Position numbers and translations under genes: made by a program | Notes under the pieces: generated by a model | Databases searched by the model: none | The model's input: only the letters and a program-made list of their open reading frames with translations | What the model was told of the DNA's origin: nothing | Origin: Terriglobia bacterium | GTDB taxonomy: Bacteria > Acidobacteriota > Terriglobia > 20CM-2-55-15 | DNA: 64,000 bases | NCBI GenBank assembly: GCA_965263045.1 | Contig: CBDHGK010000041.1 | Location: 1,909,514-1,973,513 of the forward strand | Direction of reading: 5' to 3' | In this document: positions 47,960 through 58,280 of the stretch, piece by piece | Position numbering within the stretch: position 1 is the stretch's first letter | How the letters are laid out: each line of letters opens with the position of its first letter

Positions 47960-49099
47960 ATGAAACTGCTATTTGTTACGCCAAAACCCTTTTATCCCGA
48001 ATCGTCGGGAGGCGCTCAATTGTCGTCGCTGCTTCTGTTCGAGCGACTGCAGGAGCGGGGCTGGACCATTGAAGTGATCAGCGGCATCGACCTGTTGTCG
48101 CCGCGTTTGCGACGCCATATCTGGGCAAATCTATCGCACTTCCGGCTGCCGACGTACGTTTTGAGCGACGATGATCAGGCCTATCGGTGCTGGCGTCGGC
48201 CCATCTGTCCGCTGTTGCCCGTCGCCAAGGGGATCGACCGGAAACTCTGGGCCGCCTGGTTTGAATGTCGCCTTAAGGCGTTTAAACCCACTGTCGTCCT
48301 GGGCGAAGCCGCGGCCACCGAGCCGTTTTTCAAACAGGCAATCGGTCTGGGCTACCCCTGTGTCAAGATGATCCGGTCCCTTCCCGTGGTCGATATCCCG
48401 AGTATAGTCCCTCCTGAATTGCACTGGATCGGAAACTCACCCTACAGTGCGGCGATCGCCCGGGATGTGACGGGGCGTCCGGCGCACTTTGTGTTGCCTC
48501 TGATAAACCCGGACATGTATCGGGCTGAGACCCACACTCCCCGCCTGATCACCTTCATCAATCCGACGGCTCAGAAAGGGGTTGAGATCGCCACTGAAAT
48601 CGCCCGTCTACTGCCCGACGAGCCTTTTCTCTTTGTAAAAGGTAAGTGGTCCGGATTCCGGCCCGGTCGGATCGAGAGGATTCTACGGCCGGTCCGGGTT
48701 CTGCCCAACGTCGAGATCTGGGAAAACCAGACGGATATGCGCAGGGTCTATGCGTTGACCAAGATCCTGCTTGTCCCATCGCAGTTCATCGAGACATTCG
48801 GACGCGTTATCATCGAAGCCCAGCTCAATGGAATCCCGGTTGTTGCATCAAGGGTGGGTGGGGTGGCTGCCACACTTGGCCACGGAGGTATCCTCGTCGA
48901 GCCCCGTAACGATCCGATGGCCTACGTCCAGGCACTGCGGGTACTATTAGACGATAGAGGACGTTATGAGCACTACGCCCGGCTTGGACGGGAAAACGCG
49001 GACCGGCCCGAGTTTAATCCCAACGTTCAGGCAGATAAATTTGACTCTTTCCTGCGAAATGATGTGCTGGGCCAGGGAGCGATGGGGAGCCGGGCGTAG
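47960..49099 (+). CDS. glycosyltransferase family 4 (GT-B)
   Basis: C-terminal ETFGRVIIEAQLNGIPVVASRVGGV (EX7E-type motif). Confidence 0.75.
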   Translation: MKLLFVTPKPFYPESSGGAQLSSLLLFERLQERGWTIEVISGIDLLSPRLRRHIWANLSHFRLPTYVLSDDDQAYRCWRRPICPLLPVAKGIDRKLWAAWFECRLKAFKPTVVLGEAAATEPFFKQAIGLGYPCVKMIRSLPVVDIPSIVPPELHWIGNSPYSAAIARDVTGRPAHFVLPLINPDMYRAETHTPRLITFINPTAQKGVEIATEIARLLPDEPFLFVKGKWSGFRPGRIERILRPVRVLPNVEIWENQTDMRRVYALTKILLVPSQFIETFGRVIIEAQLNGIPVVASRVGGVAATLGHGGILVEPRNDPMAYVQALRVLLDDRGRYEHYARLGRENADRPEFNPNVQADKFDSFLRNDVLGQGAMGSRA

Positions 49100-49189
49100 A
49101 TCACGCGCGGACTCGACCCGGACCGATTCTCCTGCCGACGGGCTATTCAGCAGGCAGGGCGATCCGATCAAGACGCAGCCGATAGCGGA

Positions 49190-50065
49190 ATGCACAGGAT
49201 CAGCGTAATTATTCCTTTTTACAACGCCGCAGCCTACATGGGTAGCTGCATTCGGGCGCTGCTCGCTCAGGATTATCCAAGGGCGCTGTATGAGGTCATT
49301 TTAGTGGATAACAATTCGACGGATGGCTCGACCGAAATAGCACGTAAGTTCGACGATATAAGGCTGCTGTCGGAGACGAAGCAGGGGGCGTATGCCGCCA
49401 GGAACTGCGGTTTATCGGAAGCCACCGGTGAGATTGTAGCATTTACCGATCCCGACTGCATTCCTCGCCGGGACTGGTTGCGGAACATTTCAAAGGCGAT
49501 GGAATCCGACCTGTTAAAGGTTGTTGTTGGATCGCGCGACGCGGCGAACGATTCGTCGATTCTCGCAATGCTTTCAGCTTACGAGAACACGAAGGACGAG
49601 TTCGTTTTCAGCAGTCTCAACCCGGCTATCTACTACGGTCACACCAACAACATGGCAGTCAGAGGAGAGCTCTTTGATTCGATCGGTCCATTTGCCGAAC
49701 GACGGCGCGGTGCCGACACGCTGTTCGTCCACGCTGTTGTAAAACAATACTCGTGTGAAGCGGTGGCATTCAGCTCGGGCGTCAATGTACGACACCTGGA
49801 GTTAGATAGCCTCGGGGTGTACTACCACAAGGTCTCGACCTATGGCCGCAGCAGGCGAATGTATCGGTCGATTGCCAAAGTTGAAGCCTTGACCATCGGC
49901 CAGCGCCTCGGGATTTTTCGACGGGTCGCCTCCAGCCAGAACTACCGGTTTCTCAAGTCGGCAGTATTGTTTTCTTTGCTTGCCATCGGCCTGGCTTATT
50001 GGATGTTAGGCGGCTTGCGGGCCAGATGCCAGCTGCTGCGTAATCCGGAAAGTGGCGCCATCTGA
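49190..50065 (+). CDS. glycosyltransferase family 2 (GT-A)
   Basis: ISVIIPFYNAAAYM ... VILVDNNSTDGS ... AFTDPDC. Confidence 0.8.
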   Translation: MHRISVIIPFYNAAAYMGSCIRALLAQDYPRALYEVILVDNNSTDGSTEIARKFDDIRLLSETKQGAYAARNCGLSEATGEIVAFTDPDCIPRRDWLRNISKAMESDLLKVVVGSRDAANDSSILAMLSAYENTKDEFVFSSLNPAIYYGHTNNMAVRGELFDSIGPFAERRRGADTLFVHAVVKQYSCEAVAFSSGVNVRHLELDSLGVYYHKVSTYGRSRRMYRSIAKVEALTIGQRLGIFRRVASSQNYRFLKSAVLFSLLAIGLAYWMLGGLRARCQLLRNPESGAI

Positions 50066-50114
50066 GCGCCCGTCAGGATTTGTGCCAGGCTTTGTTCGCT
50101 GAGAGTGTGAGTTT

Positions 50115-51926
50115 ATGAAAATCACAGACCGCGTGTTCTGCGTCGGCTTGAACAAGACCGGCACGACCTCGATTAAGCGGTGCTTTACCGTCCTTGGCAT
50201 CCAACCCATCGCCCCGAGCGCCAAGCACGACTGGAGAGTACTGCGGGCGGTCTTTGACCGTAACGACTATGGCCCAGCGTTGAGGCTGGCCGAAAAATAC
50301 CGCGCTTTTGAGGATCGCCCGTGGAATGTGTGGCAAATGTACCGCAAGCTTGACGAGCGCTTTCCCGGCAGCCGCTTTATCCTTACCAAACGCGATCCCG
50401 AGCGCTGGTGGGGCTCTGTGGAGCGGTGGCTGTCCTATACCAAGCCGCGAATGGCGACTGTTTATCGCCAGCATCTCGCCGCGAAAAACCTCCTCATGGG
50501 TTCGATGATTGAAGCCTACGAGCGCTACAATTGCGAGGTCACAGAGTACTTTTCCGGGCGGGACGACCTGCTCGTAATGGAACTGGAAAAGGAGCAGGGC
50601 TGGGAGCGGATCTGCCGTTTCCTGGGACGGGCGGTTCCGCCTGTAGAATTCCCTCATGCTAACCGACAGTACTATGACGAGCGGGACCTGAAGAAGGACC
50701 GGGTCAAGCGACACCGCAACACCTCGCCATCGAAAACCGGAACATCGACTCCACCTTGTCTTTACTGCGGAGAAACTGCGACCACCCATCTAAAGCCGCC
50801 ACGGCGTTGGATGCCCCAGGTGCTGCATGCACGCATCCGCAGCAACCATATCAAGACTGTAGAGAGGGACGCCAGGCGCTTGCGGGCGGGCCCCGAGCGG
50901 ATCGAACTGTTGCGGCGGCAATGGCCCAATCTGCGTTTGGACGACATGGCGGTGGTGTGCAGCTTTTTCAATCCGGGAGAGGATGCCGGTGCCCTCGAGC
51001 GCTACTATCAGTTTCGGCAGGCGATCGAGCGCAGCCACCTCCCGCTGCTGACGGTCGAACTGGCCATTGGCCTGCAGCCCTATCAGCTTGGAACCCCTAA
51101 TGCAAACCTCTTGCAAGTGCGCTCCGCCGATGCGATGTGGCATCGAGAGCGCCTGCTGAATCTGGGTATCGAGGAGCTATTGCGCCGCGGGTTCCGCAAG
51201 ATCGTCTGGTTGGACAGCAACATCGTTTTCGAGGACAGCGAGAGCTGGCCGTGGGCTGTCGCTGCTGGGCTCGAGCAATCCGCCGTCTGTCAGGTTTTCA
51301 GCCATGTGCTGATTCATCGGCATCGGGGAGAGCCCGTGGCCGCCGGGATCGGCGCAGTCAAGTACTTCGAAGAGACGCAAGAATACGTCAACCAGACCGC
51401 TCTCCGCCCAAGCGCCCGCTGGCCGGCAGGCCGGCCACCCGGATATGCCGGTTTCGGCTGGGCAGCCAACGCCGATGTCCTGCGGAAGGTGCTGCCCTAC
51501 GACCGGGCGATTGCAGGCGGCGGTGATCGCATGCTCTTTGCCGCCGGCCACGGCTATAGCGACGCCTGGTTCCGCTCGATCACCAAACAACTGACCCACT
51601 ACCGCTTCCCGCGGTGCGGTGCCTGCAGGCACCGTATCGCAGCCCCGGAGTACACATGGCACTACGCGACGTGGGCGCAACGGTGGGCGGCGGCGGTCGA
51701 GAACGGCGTGGGCTACGTGGAACAGATAGTTCGGGATTTTTCGGGCGTCGCGAGCCCCGGGGACCCCACAGAGATTGCCAGCGTCCTGCTCCGGCACCGG
51801 TATGATCCCGAACGGGATATCAAGTCCAACGAACTTGGCTGTTTGGAGTGGGCCTCCGAACGGCCGTCACTGCAACGGGATGTTGCCCATTACATCATGG
51901 CATCCGAGCAGCGCGCCACGGGCTGA
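50115..51926 (+). CDS. sulfotransferase-domain protein (N-terminal) with uncharacterized ~350 aa C-terminal domain
   Basis: GLNKTGTTS (PAPS 5'-phosphosulfate-binding-like) and Stf0-like N-terminal domain. C-terminal half unknown. Confidence 0.5.
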   Translation: MKITDRVFCVGLNKTGTTSIKRCFTVLGIQPIAPSAKHDWRVLRAVFDRNDYGPALRLAEKYRAFEDRPWNVWQMYRKLDERFPGSRFILTKRDPERWWGSVERWLSYTKPRMATVYRQHLAAKNLLMGSMIEAYERYNCEVTEYFSGRDDLLVMELEKEQGWERICRFLGRAVPPVEFPHANRQYYDERDLKKDRVKRHRNTSPSKTGTSTPPCLYCGETATTHLKPPRRWMPQVLHARIRSNHIKTVERDARRLRAGPERIELLRRQWPNLRLDDMAVVCSFFNPGEDAGALERYYQFRQAIERSHLPLLTVELAIGLQPYQLGTPNANLLQVRSADAMWHRERLLNLGIEELLRRGFRKIVWLDSNIVFEDSESWPWAVAAGLEQSAVCQVFSHVLIHRHRGEPVAAGIGAVKYFEETQEYVNQTALRPSARWPAGRPPGYAGFGWAANADVLRKVLPYDRAIAGGGDRMLFAAGHGYSDAWFRSITKQLTHYRFPRCGACRHRIAAPEYTWHYATWAQRWAAAVENGVGYVEQIVRDFSGVASPGDPTEIASVLLRHRYDPERDIKSNELGCLEWASERPSLQRDVAHYIMASEQRATG

Positions 51927-52016
51927 GGGGATGGAGGCGGCCCGCATTCGGGGTGATACGGTCACTTGGAAACGCACACGCTGGAACGGCTCAAGACAAG
52001 CTGGGGGTAACTGAAA

Positions 52017-53087
52017 GTGACAGAGCGGGCACGGAATACCGAATCCAACGGTCAGCAAGAAGCCGTGCAGGCGCTCGATGTTAGGCAAGCCCCGCCATCC
52101 AACGTGATCATTCACATCGGCAGACACAAAGCGGCCAGCACCTTCCTGCAACACGAGTTCTTTCCGCAGCTCACCCGGAACCTCTGCATCGACAAGGGTG
52201 AACTGTTTCATCTGCTGGGCGAGCAAGAGTTTTCAGCGGCTCGTTTCCGACAATTCGTCGCTTCCAACCTGAGGCAATTCAAGGGTACGGAGTGCTTGAA
52301 CTCCGATCGTGACGATCTTCTGATCCTCTCCCGGGAAGGCTTGTCGTTTCCTCCCATGGATGCCGATATCGAACGTTACGCTACAAATTTGCGACGGAGT
52401 TACCCCGACGCGCGGGTCATCTGCATCATCAGAGAGCAATTCGATTTGCTGACGACGCTCTATGTCTGGCATACCTGCAAGAAGTTCCTCACCGGCTCAC
52501 TCGACAGCTATGTTCGCGGGCTGATGACATCGTCGGGTGCGGGTTACTTACTCCACAACGAAGTGGTCCGAACCTATATGAACGCTTTCGGCAAGGATCG
52601 CGTACTTGTCCTGCCTTACGAGTTGCTTGTGCGTCAGCACAGTGCTTTCCTGCGACAGATTGTCGACTTCATCGATCCACAACTGGACTATCGAAATCCT
52701 CCGGATCGGTTGAATGTCTCCTACAAGAAGCGTGCCGTTATCCGCGGAGTTATCGCTTTCAACGTTCTGGTTCATGCGTTCTTCCTGGTGCCCCACCACC
52801 TGTTGGGCAAGGCTGGTTTCGTCGCCGAGGGTCCGCTTTTCCGGCAGTTAGAATACCGCTTGAAGAAATTCAGTCGCAAGAAGCTGAGCTCCGTCCTCGA
52901 CCGTTTGGCGCCAAACGGACTGGACGCAGGACTCGCAGCGGAGAATTTTGAAGCGTATGGAGAACTGTTCGCCCAGACCAACGGAGAAATAGAGTCGCTT
53001 ACCGGTCTCGATCTGGCGACGTACGGTTATATAACGCCTGAGAACATGGAAGCTTTCGTCCGGGAGCACGGCAGGGGTAGCCGTTGA
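52017..53087 (+). CDS. sulfotransferase-like protein
   Basis: HIGRHKAASTFLQ resembles a PAPS-binding motif. GTG start. Confidence 0.35.
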   Translation: MTERARNTESNGQQEAVQALDVRQAPPSNVIIHIGRHKAASTFLQHEFFPQLTRNLCIDKGELFHLLGEQEFSAARFRQFVASNLRQFKGTECLNSDRDDLLILSREGLSFPPMDADIERYATNLRRSYPDARVICIIREQFDLLTTLYVWHTCKKFLTGSLDSYVRGLMTSSGAGYLLHNEVVRTYMNAFGKDRVLVLPYELLVRQHSAFLRQIVDFIDPQLDYRNPPDRLNVSYKKRAVIRGVIAFNVLVHAFFLVPHHLLGKAGFVAEGPLFRQLEYRLKKFSRKKLSSVLDRLAPNGLDAGLAAENFEAYGELFAQTNGEIESLTGLDLATYGYITPENMEAFVREHGRGSR

Positions 53088-53232
53088 GGTTTCGCTTTTG
53101 GGTGTCGGCGACATCCATGCCAGAATTGTTGGGCATAGCTCCGGAGTTTTCGCCCCTGCTATTCGGGCTGATCCGACGGTGCAGCGCTGAGGTCGAGTTT
53201 GTGTATTGCCGTGGGGGGATAAGCCAACAACC

Positions 53233-53799
53233 ATGACCCACTCCACTGACTCCAGCCGCAGAGCCTTCGAAAAATACAAGACCGACGTAGGCCGGAAGGC
53301 GGATCGAAGCCACGGTGCCCCTGATGGGCGCACTCCGGTGCCGGTCCGATCCCTGCGCCAGTTGTTTTTCGAATTCTGGCGACTCGTTGGGCGCGAACGC
53401 GGACCGGTTGTGTTGGCCCTCGCCGCGCTGACGCTGGCGACCGTTCTGGGCCTCATTCCGCCCGCTGCCACCAAGTTCATCGTCGATTATGTCCTCGGTG
53501 AGCAGCCCATACCCGAACGGTGGCAATCGTATCTGCAGCTGCCAGAGGATCCCTTCCGGCTTCTGATATTAACCATTGTCGCCGTCACGCTCGTTGCGGG
53601 CCTGCGAATCGCTGTCCACACCTGGAGCGACTGGCAGGCGACGCGATCCGCTAAACGCTTACACCTGTCAGTTCGTTTGAAGGTATTTGCACACGCCGTG
53701 CGGCTGCCACTGCACCGGGTTGATGAGCTGAAGTCCGGTGGTGCGGCGAGCATCCTGCGCCAGGACGCCGGCAGCGTCGGCGACTTGATTCACGGCATG
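53233..53799 (+). pseudogene. ABC exporter (MsbA-like, fused TMD-NBD), 5' fragment interrupted by IS256-family copy 3
   Basis: TM helices. Reading frame runs ... DLIHGM into the IS terminus. Confidence 0.7.
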
Positions 53800-55240
53800 G
53801 AGTCAAGCCCATTCTTAGTTGAAACTCTCCACGGCTCACGATGGGTCATGCAACCTTCTTCTTCGATCTCGTCGACGTCTTCGCCTCAATTTTCAGCTCT
53901 CGCTGGAGGGCTTCGCGGAGCTTTGGAAGATGACGGTAGCCGATCACCTTCCTCAGGCGCGGTTCGATGTCGATGAGCGCCGTCGCCAACCAGCGTTGCC
54001 GCTGACTCGAGTTCTTCCAATGATCGACCTTCGCACACCTTTCCTCGACAAGGGCATTGACCGATTCCAGGCAATTCGTCGTCTTGAACGAACGGCCCAA
54101 GACCCCGTACACGCCGAGCCGATGCAACGTGAGGGTCTCTTCCAGGCCTTCCTCAAGGCTCGCAGCCCCCGATTGGTTTCGCTCCTCGAGCTCTCCATGG
54201 AGCTCTCCGAGCGCCGCCCGAGCTTCGTCGTACTCCGGGCGCTCGTAGGCCCGCTGCAGCCGGCGTCGCCACACGGCTTGCTCGGTCTTCGATAGGTATC
54301 TCACGACGTTCTCGCGTTTGTGCCATTGGCAGCGTTGGACCAGGGCTCGATTCCTGAATGCCTTCTTGACCGCCGCCCGCAGACCTTTGCCGCCGTCGAC
54401 AATCACCAGCACGCCTTCAGAGATGTCCAGGCCCCGCTCCATCAACGAACGGAGAAACGGAGTCAGCACTTGCTCGTTCTCCGTGTCGGTCTCCACGAAG
54501 CCCAAGAAGCGTTTGTCGCCCGAAAGCGTGACGCCCAGGGCCACTACCATCAGGGCGTCGGCAAACGCCTTCCCGTCCAGGAAGATCGCCACGACGTCCT
54601 CGCCACTCAGATCCCGCTCCTGCATCTCCCGAAGTTTCGCGGCACTCGCCTGGACGAATCCTCGAGACACCGTCGAACTCGACAGTCCGATCGCTCCCGG
54701 AATCGCTTCAGCGGCCGATTCATAGTTCCGGCAGGAGATCCCATACAGCACACGTCTGAGCAGTAGCTCGTTCACCGCGCCACCCGGACTGAGTTCCTCG
54801 TAGGTCCGAAGCGGAATCTCCCCGCCCGCCACGCTGCGCACTCGAGGCACCCGAACCGGCACCCGCTGGCCACCCAGCCCCACGGTCCCCGGATTGCTCC
54901 CGTGTCGCCGGCCCCGCAACGCCGCCTCCTTTCGTGCGTATCGCTCACCCGCCAACGACTTCACTTCCTCGTCGAGCAACTCCTCCACGTGCATCAACCC
55001 CAGTGGGATCAACGCCCGAATCATCTCCACCTTCGAGTCCAATTCCAGTCCCGAGTATTCCTCCCGGCTCAGGACCTCGACCTCACCCAGCACACGCGAC
55101 TTCTTGCGTTTCTTTACCGAACGTAACAGACTCCTCATCTCGGCTCCTTTCTCTTACAGGCTTGATGTTGTTTCTTCCAATACCATCAAACCATGGGGTT
55201 TGGAGCCGTTTCAATTTCCAACTAAGATTGGCACACATTC
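53800..55240 (-). mobile_element. IS256-family insertion sequence, copy 3 (1441 bp) with 8-bp TSD acggcatg (53792-53799 and 55241-55248)
   Basis: Identical to copies 1 and 2. Direct orientation relative to copy 1. Confidence 0.9.
53846..55138 (-). CDS. IS256-family transposase, 430 aa
   Basis: Identical protein. Confidence 0.9.
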   Translation of the reverse strand: MRSLLRSVKKRKKSRVLGEVEVLSREEYSGLELDSKVEMIRALIPLGLMHVEELLDEEVKSLAGERYARKEAALRGRRHGSNPGTVGLGGQRVPVRVPRVRSVAGGEIPLRTYEELSPGGAVNELLLRRVLYGISCRNYESAAEAIPGAIGLSSSTVSRGFVQASAAKLREMQERDLSGEDVVAIFLDGKAFADALMVVALGVTLSGDKRFLGFVETDTENEQVLTPFLRSLMERGLDISEGVLVIVDGGKGLRAAVKKAFRNRALVQRCQWHKRENVVRYLSKTEQAVWRRRLQRAYERPEYDEARAALGELHGELEERNQSGAASLEEGLEETLTLHRLGVYGVLGRSFKTTNCLESVNALVEERCAKVDHWKNSSQRQRWLATALIDIEPRLRKVIGYRHLPKLREALQRELKIEAKTSTRSKKKVA

Positions 55241-56598
55241 ACGGCATGCTTTACAACCCATGGCGGACGGTTGTGCAACTGGTCGGGAGCCTGTGCGTCC
55301 TGGCGTTCGTGGATTGGCAACTGCTGGTCGGCGCCCTCCTGCTGATCCCATTGACGGCCCTGTCCCATCGGACCTGGATCAGCCGGATTCGGCCGGAGTA
55401 CCGCAGGATTCGGCGTCAACGCCAATTGATCGACGGGAGTGCAACCGAGGTCTTTGGTGGGATGCGGGTTGTCCGTGCGTTTGGACGGCAGCGCCGTGAG
55501 ACCGGTCGCTATATGCGGGACATCCATCTGGTGGGCCGCCAGGAGTTGCATGTCTGGTGGTGGGAGCGCCAGGTCGGAATTGTCTGGGATGCATTGATCC
55601 CCATGTTGAGCGCAGCGCTGTTGTGCTATGCCGGCTACCAGGTGCTGGAAGGTACGCTGACCCTGGGCGACATGATGATGTTCCTCGTGTACCTGTTGAT
55701 GCTGCTGCAACCGCTCGCCATCCTGGCCCAGAGCGCTGTTCGATTCCAGAACAGCCTTTCGGGGCTGGACCGTGTCCTGGACCTGCTGCTGGAACCCCAC
55801 GAGCTGTCCCAGACGCCGAATCCGGCCTTTGTCTCCAAGGACAAGGCTGCCGGTACGGTGGAACTGGAGTCTGTCAGTTTTCTGTATCCAGGGTCGGACA
55901 CCCCTGCGGTCCGTAACATCGATCTGCGCGTCGAATCCGGGCAAACGCTGGCGCTGGTTGGCCCCAGCGGATCCGGCAAGACTACGATCTGCAATCTGAT
56001 CGCGCGTTTCTACGATCCCACTTCGGGTCGGATCCTGCTCGATGGGCGTGACCTGCGGGAGATCGATGTCGAAAGTTTAAGGGCTCTGCTGGGAATCGTC
56101 GAACAGGACGTCTTTCTATTCGACGGAACGATTCGCGAGAATATCGGTTACGCCAGGGGAAAAGCCACGGATGAAGAAATTCGCAATGCTGCGCACGTCG
56201 CCAATGCCACGGAATTCATCGACCGGCTGCCTGGAGGTCTGGAGACCGTCATCGGCGAACGTGGCGTGCGTCTCAGTGGTGGTCAGAGGCAGCGCCTTGC
56301 GATCGCCCGGGCGGTCCTGGCAGACCCGCGAATCCTGATTCTCGACGAGGCAACCAGCAACCTGGACACCGAGAGTGAACGCCTGATCCAGCTCAGTTTG
56401 GAAAGGTTGATCAGAGATCGGACCTGTTTCGTAATCGCTCACCGTCTGAGTACGATCGCACATGCCGACAGAATCGTCGTGCTGGATAACGGACGTATCA
56501 TCGAATCCGGCAGCCATGTATCGCTCCTTGCCGATTCGGGCCGCTATCGGGAGATGGTCACCTCGCAGTTGACGACGGTTCTCGGCGACGAAATATAG
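55241..56598 (+). pseudogene. ABC exporter, 3' fragment (TM helices 3-6 and nucleotide-binding domain)
   Basis: GPSGSGKTT (Walker A), LSGGQRQR (ABC signature), ILILDEATS (Walker B). Frame continuous with 53233-53799 once the IS is removed. Confidence 0.75.
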
Positions 56599-56636
56599 TA
56601 GTCATCGTTGCCTGAACCGGGACGGAGTGAGGGCCT

Positions 56637-57956
56637 TCAGCTACCTGACTGAAATATTGACGATAGCTGTTTCCAGCGATCGTTTCCGCCCGAAATGGGC
56701 CCGGACAGTTGCACCAACACCTTTGCGAGGGCGTAAGATGCCAATAGCATAAGGACCGGTTCGATGGGGAACCGAAAGCGCCCTCGATCCGACCAGGTCA
56801 GGTAGAAGGGCAGAGGCGAGGTCACTACATACAAAATCAGAAGGTGTGCCAGGCGTTCCCGGCGTGCAAACCAGGCTCCGACTATGCCCAATACGAGTAT
56901 GGGAAAATAAGCAGCGCCGGCGACGAACCGCTCGAAACTGGATGAACTTGCCCCCAGTTGAGTCCAGAAACGCACGACTCGATTCCGAGTGCGCATGAGA
57001 AAACGTTCAGGGTATTCCCGCAAAAGACCCACAACCTGGGAGCCGAGGGAGGTGCTGGGTTCGGACTCTATTTCTACGAGATCCGGAAGGTCGATGCCCA
57101 TCGCGGAGCGTGCACGTGAAGAGAAATTGCCCGCCAACACTTCCCGTGCGAAATTGGAACGGATAAAGACGAACTGGTCAAAGACGACATAGTTGCGGAT
57201 GAGCCAGGGGGTCATGACCGCTGCACAGCACGCCATGATCGTAACTGATCTCCATAGTCGAAATCGCAAGGCGATTTCGTGCCTCCCCAGGAACCACAGC
57301 AAAGCGAATGGGTAAAACGCGATTATGACCGGATTGACCAGGGTCGCGAGTCCGCAAAGCAACCCGAGCACGAGGCTTCGAGAGACCGTCGTCCGTTTTG
57401 CGAGTTCGAGCGTTTGCTGAAGGATCAACAGACCGAGCAGAGTGAGCAGGGTGCCGTACTCGATCTTCTGGACTGAAAAGTGAATCGAGGCCGGGTAGAA
57501 GGCGAAGATCAGGGCTGCCAGCAGTCCCGGCCAGTCGCTGTTGAAAACCAGCTTCCCCAGTCTGAACAGCACATAGCAACTCAAAATCGAGAGAACAATC
57601 TGAAACAACTCCAGGGCGACGGCGGCCGAAACCGTATATGAACCGAAAATCCAGAAAGCCGCAGCAACAATGACGGGGTTCACCGGGGCTTTCCATGAGG
57701 TCGGTACGGGCTGTTCGGGCTGAATGGTGTTGCCCGGGGGGCCGACGGCTCGCCCAAGCACTGGCCACGCAAACCCGTCACCGTTGGCGAGAGAGTAAGC
57801 GATTTCACCTTCCTCGTTCCCGAAGGCGAGGTCAGACGGGAATTCCCATGTCTGCAACAGCAGCATCGTGGATACACGCGCTGCAAAGGCCAACAGCAGG
57901 ATTGCCAGAAGAATTTTGCGAGTTCGAGCCTTGCCGTCAAGGGTTTGGTCTGTCAT
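56637..57956 (-). CDS. GT-C fold glycosyltransferase-like membrane protein (ArnT/PMT_2-like)
   Basis: About 12 TM helices with loop pattern FGNEEGEIAYSLANGDGFAWP. Tentative. Confidence 0.45.
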   Translation of the reverse strand: MTDQTLDGKARTRKILLAILLLAFAARVSTMLLLQTWEFPSDLAFGNEEGEIAYSLANGDGFAWPVLGRAVGPPGNTIQPEQPVPTSWKAPVNPVIVAAAFWIFGSYTVSAAVALELFQIVLSILSCYVLFRLGKLVFNSDWPGLLAALIFAFYPASIHFSVQKIEYGTLLTLLGLLILQQTLELAKRTTVSRSLVLGLLCGLATLVNPVIIAFYPFALLWFLGRHEIALRFRLWRSVTIMACCAAVMTPWLIRNYVVFDQFVFIRSNFAREVLAGNFSSRARSAMGIDLPDLVEIESEPSTSLGSQVVGLLREYPERFLMRTRNRVVRFWTQLGASSSSFERFVAGAAYFPILVLGIVGAWFARRERLAHLLILYVVTSPLPFYLTWSDRGRFRFPIEPVLMLLASYALAKVLVQLSGPISGGNDRWKQLSSIFQSGS

Positions 57957-58280
57957 AAGCTACGTCAATCTACCACGACTGCCGCAGTACCGACTCCGGA
58001 CAATTTTCAGAGTTTCGCGGTGGCCCTCACCTCGATTTATTGGGATTCTCAGGCTTCGCATAGGACGTAGACTTCCGAAATTGGCCGTGCTTCGGCAATC
58101 CACCACAACCGATGAGATTGAGTGTGCCCCCGCCCCATGGAGCGCGAACCCCGCTAGTTTTTGTTATCGATGCCGGATTGTTTCATCTGAAAACCTCAGG
58201 ACTTGCGCGAGGGGAAACTCCCCGGCGTCACCAATCTTTCGGAGCGTGAGTCCATGCGGATGCCCGTATAATCGTCAGAG

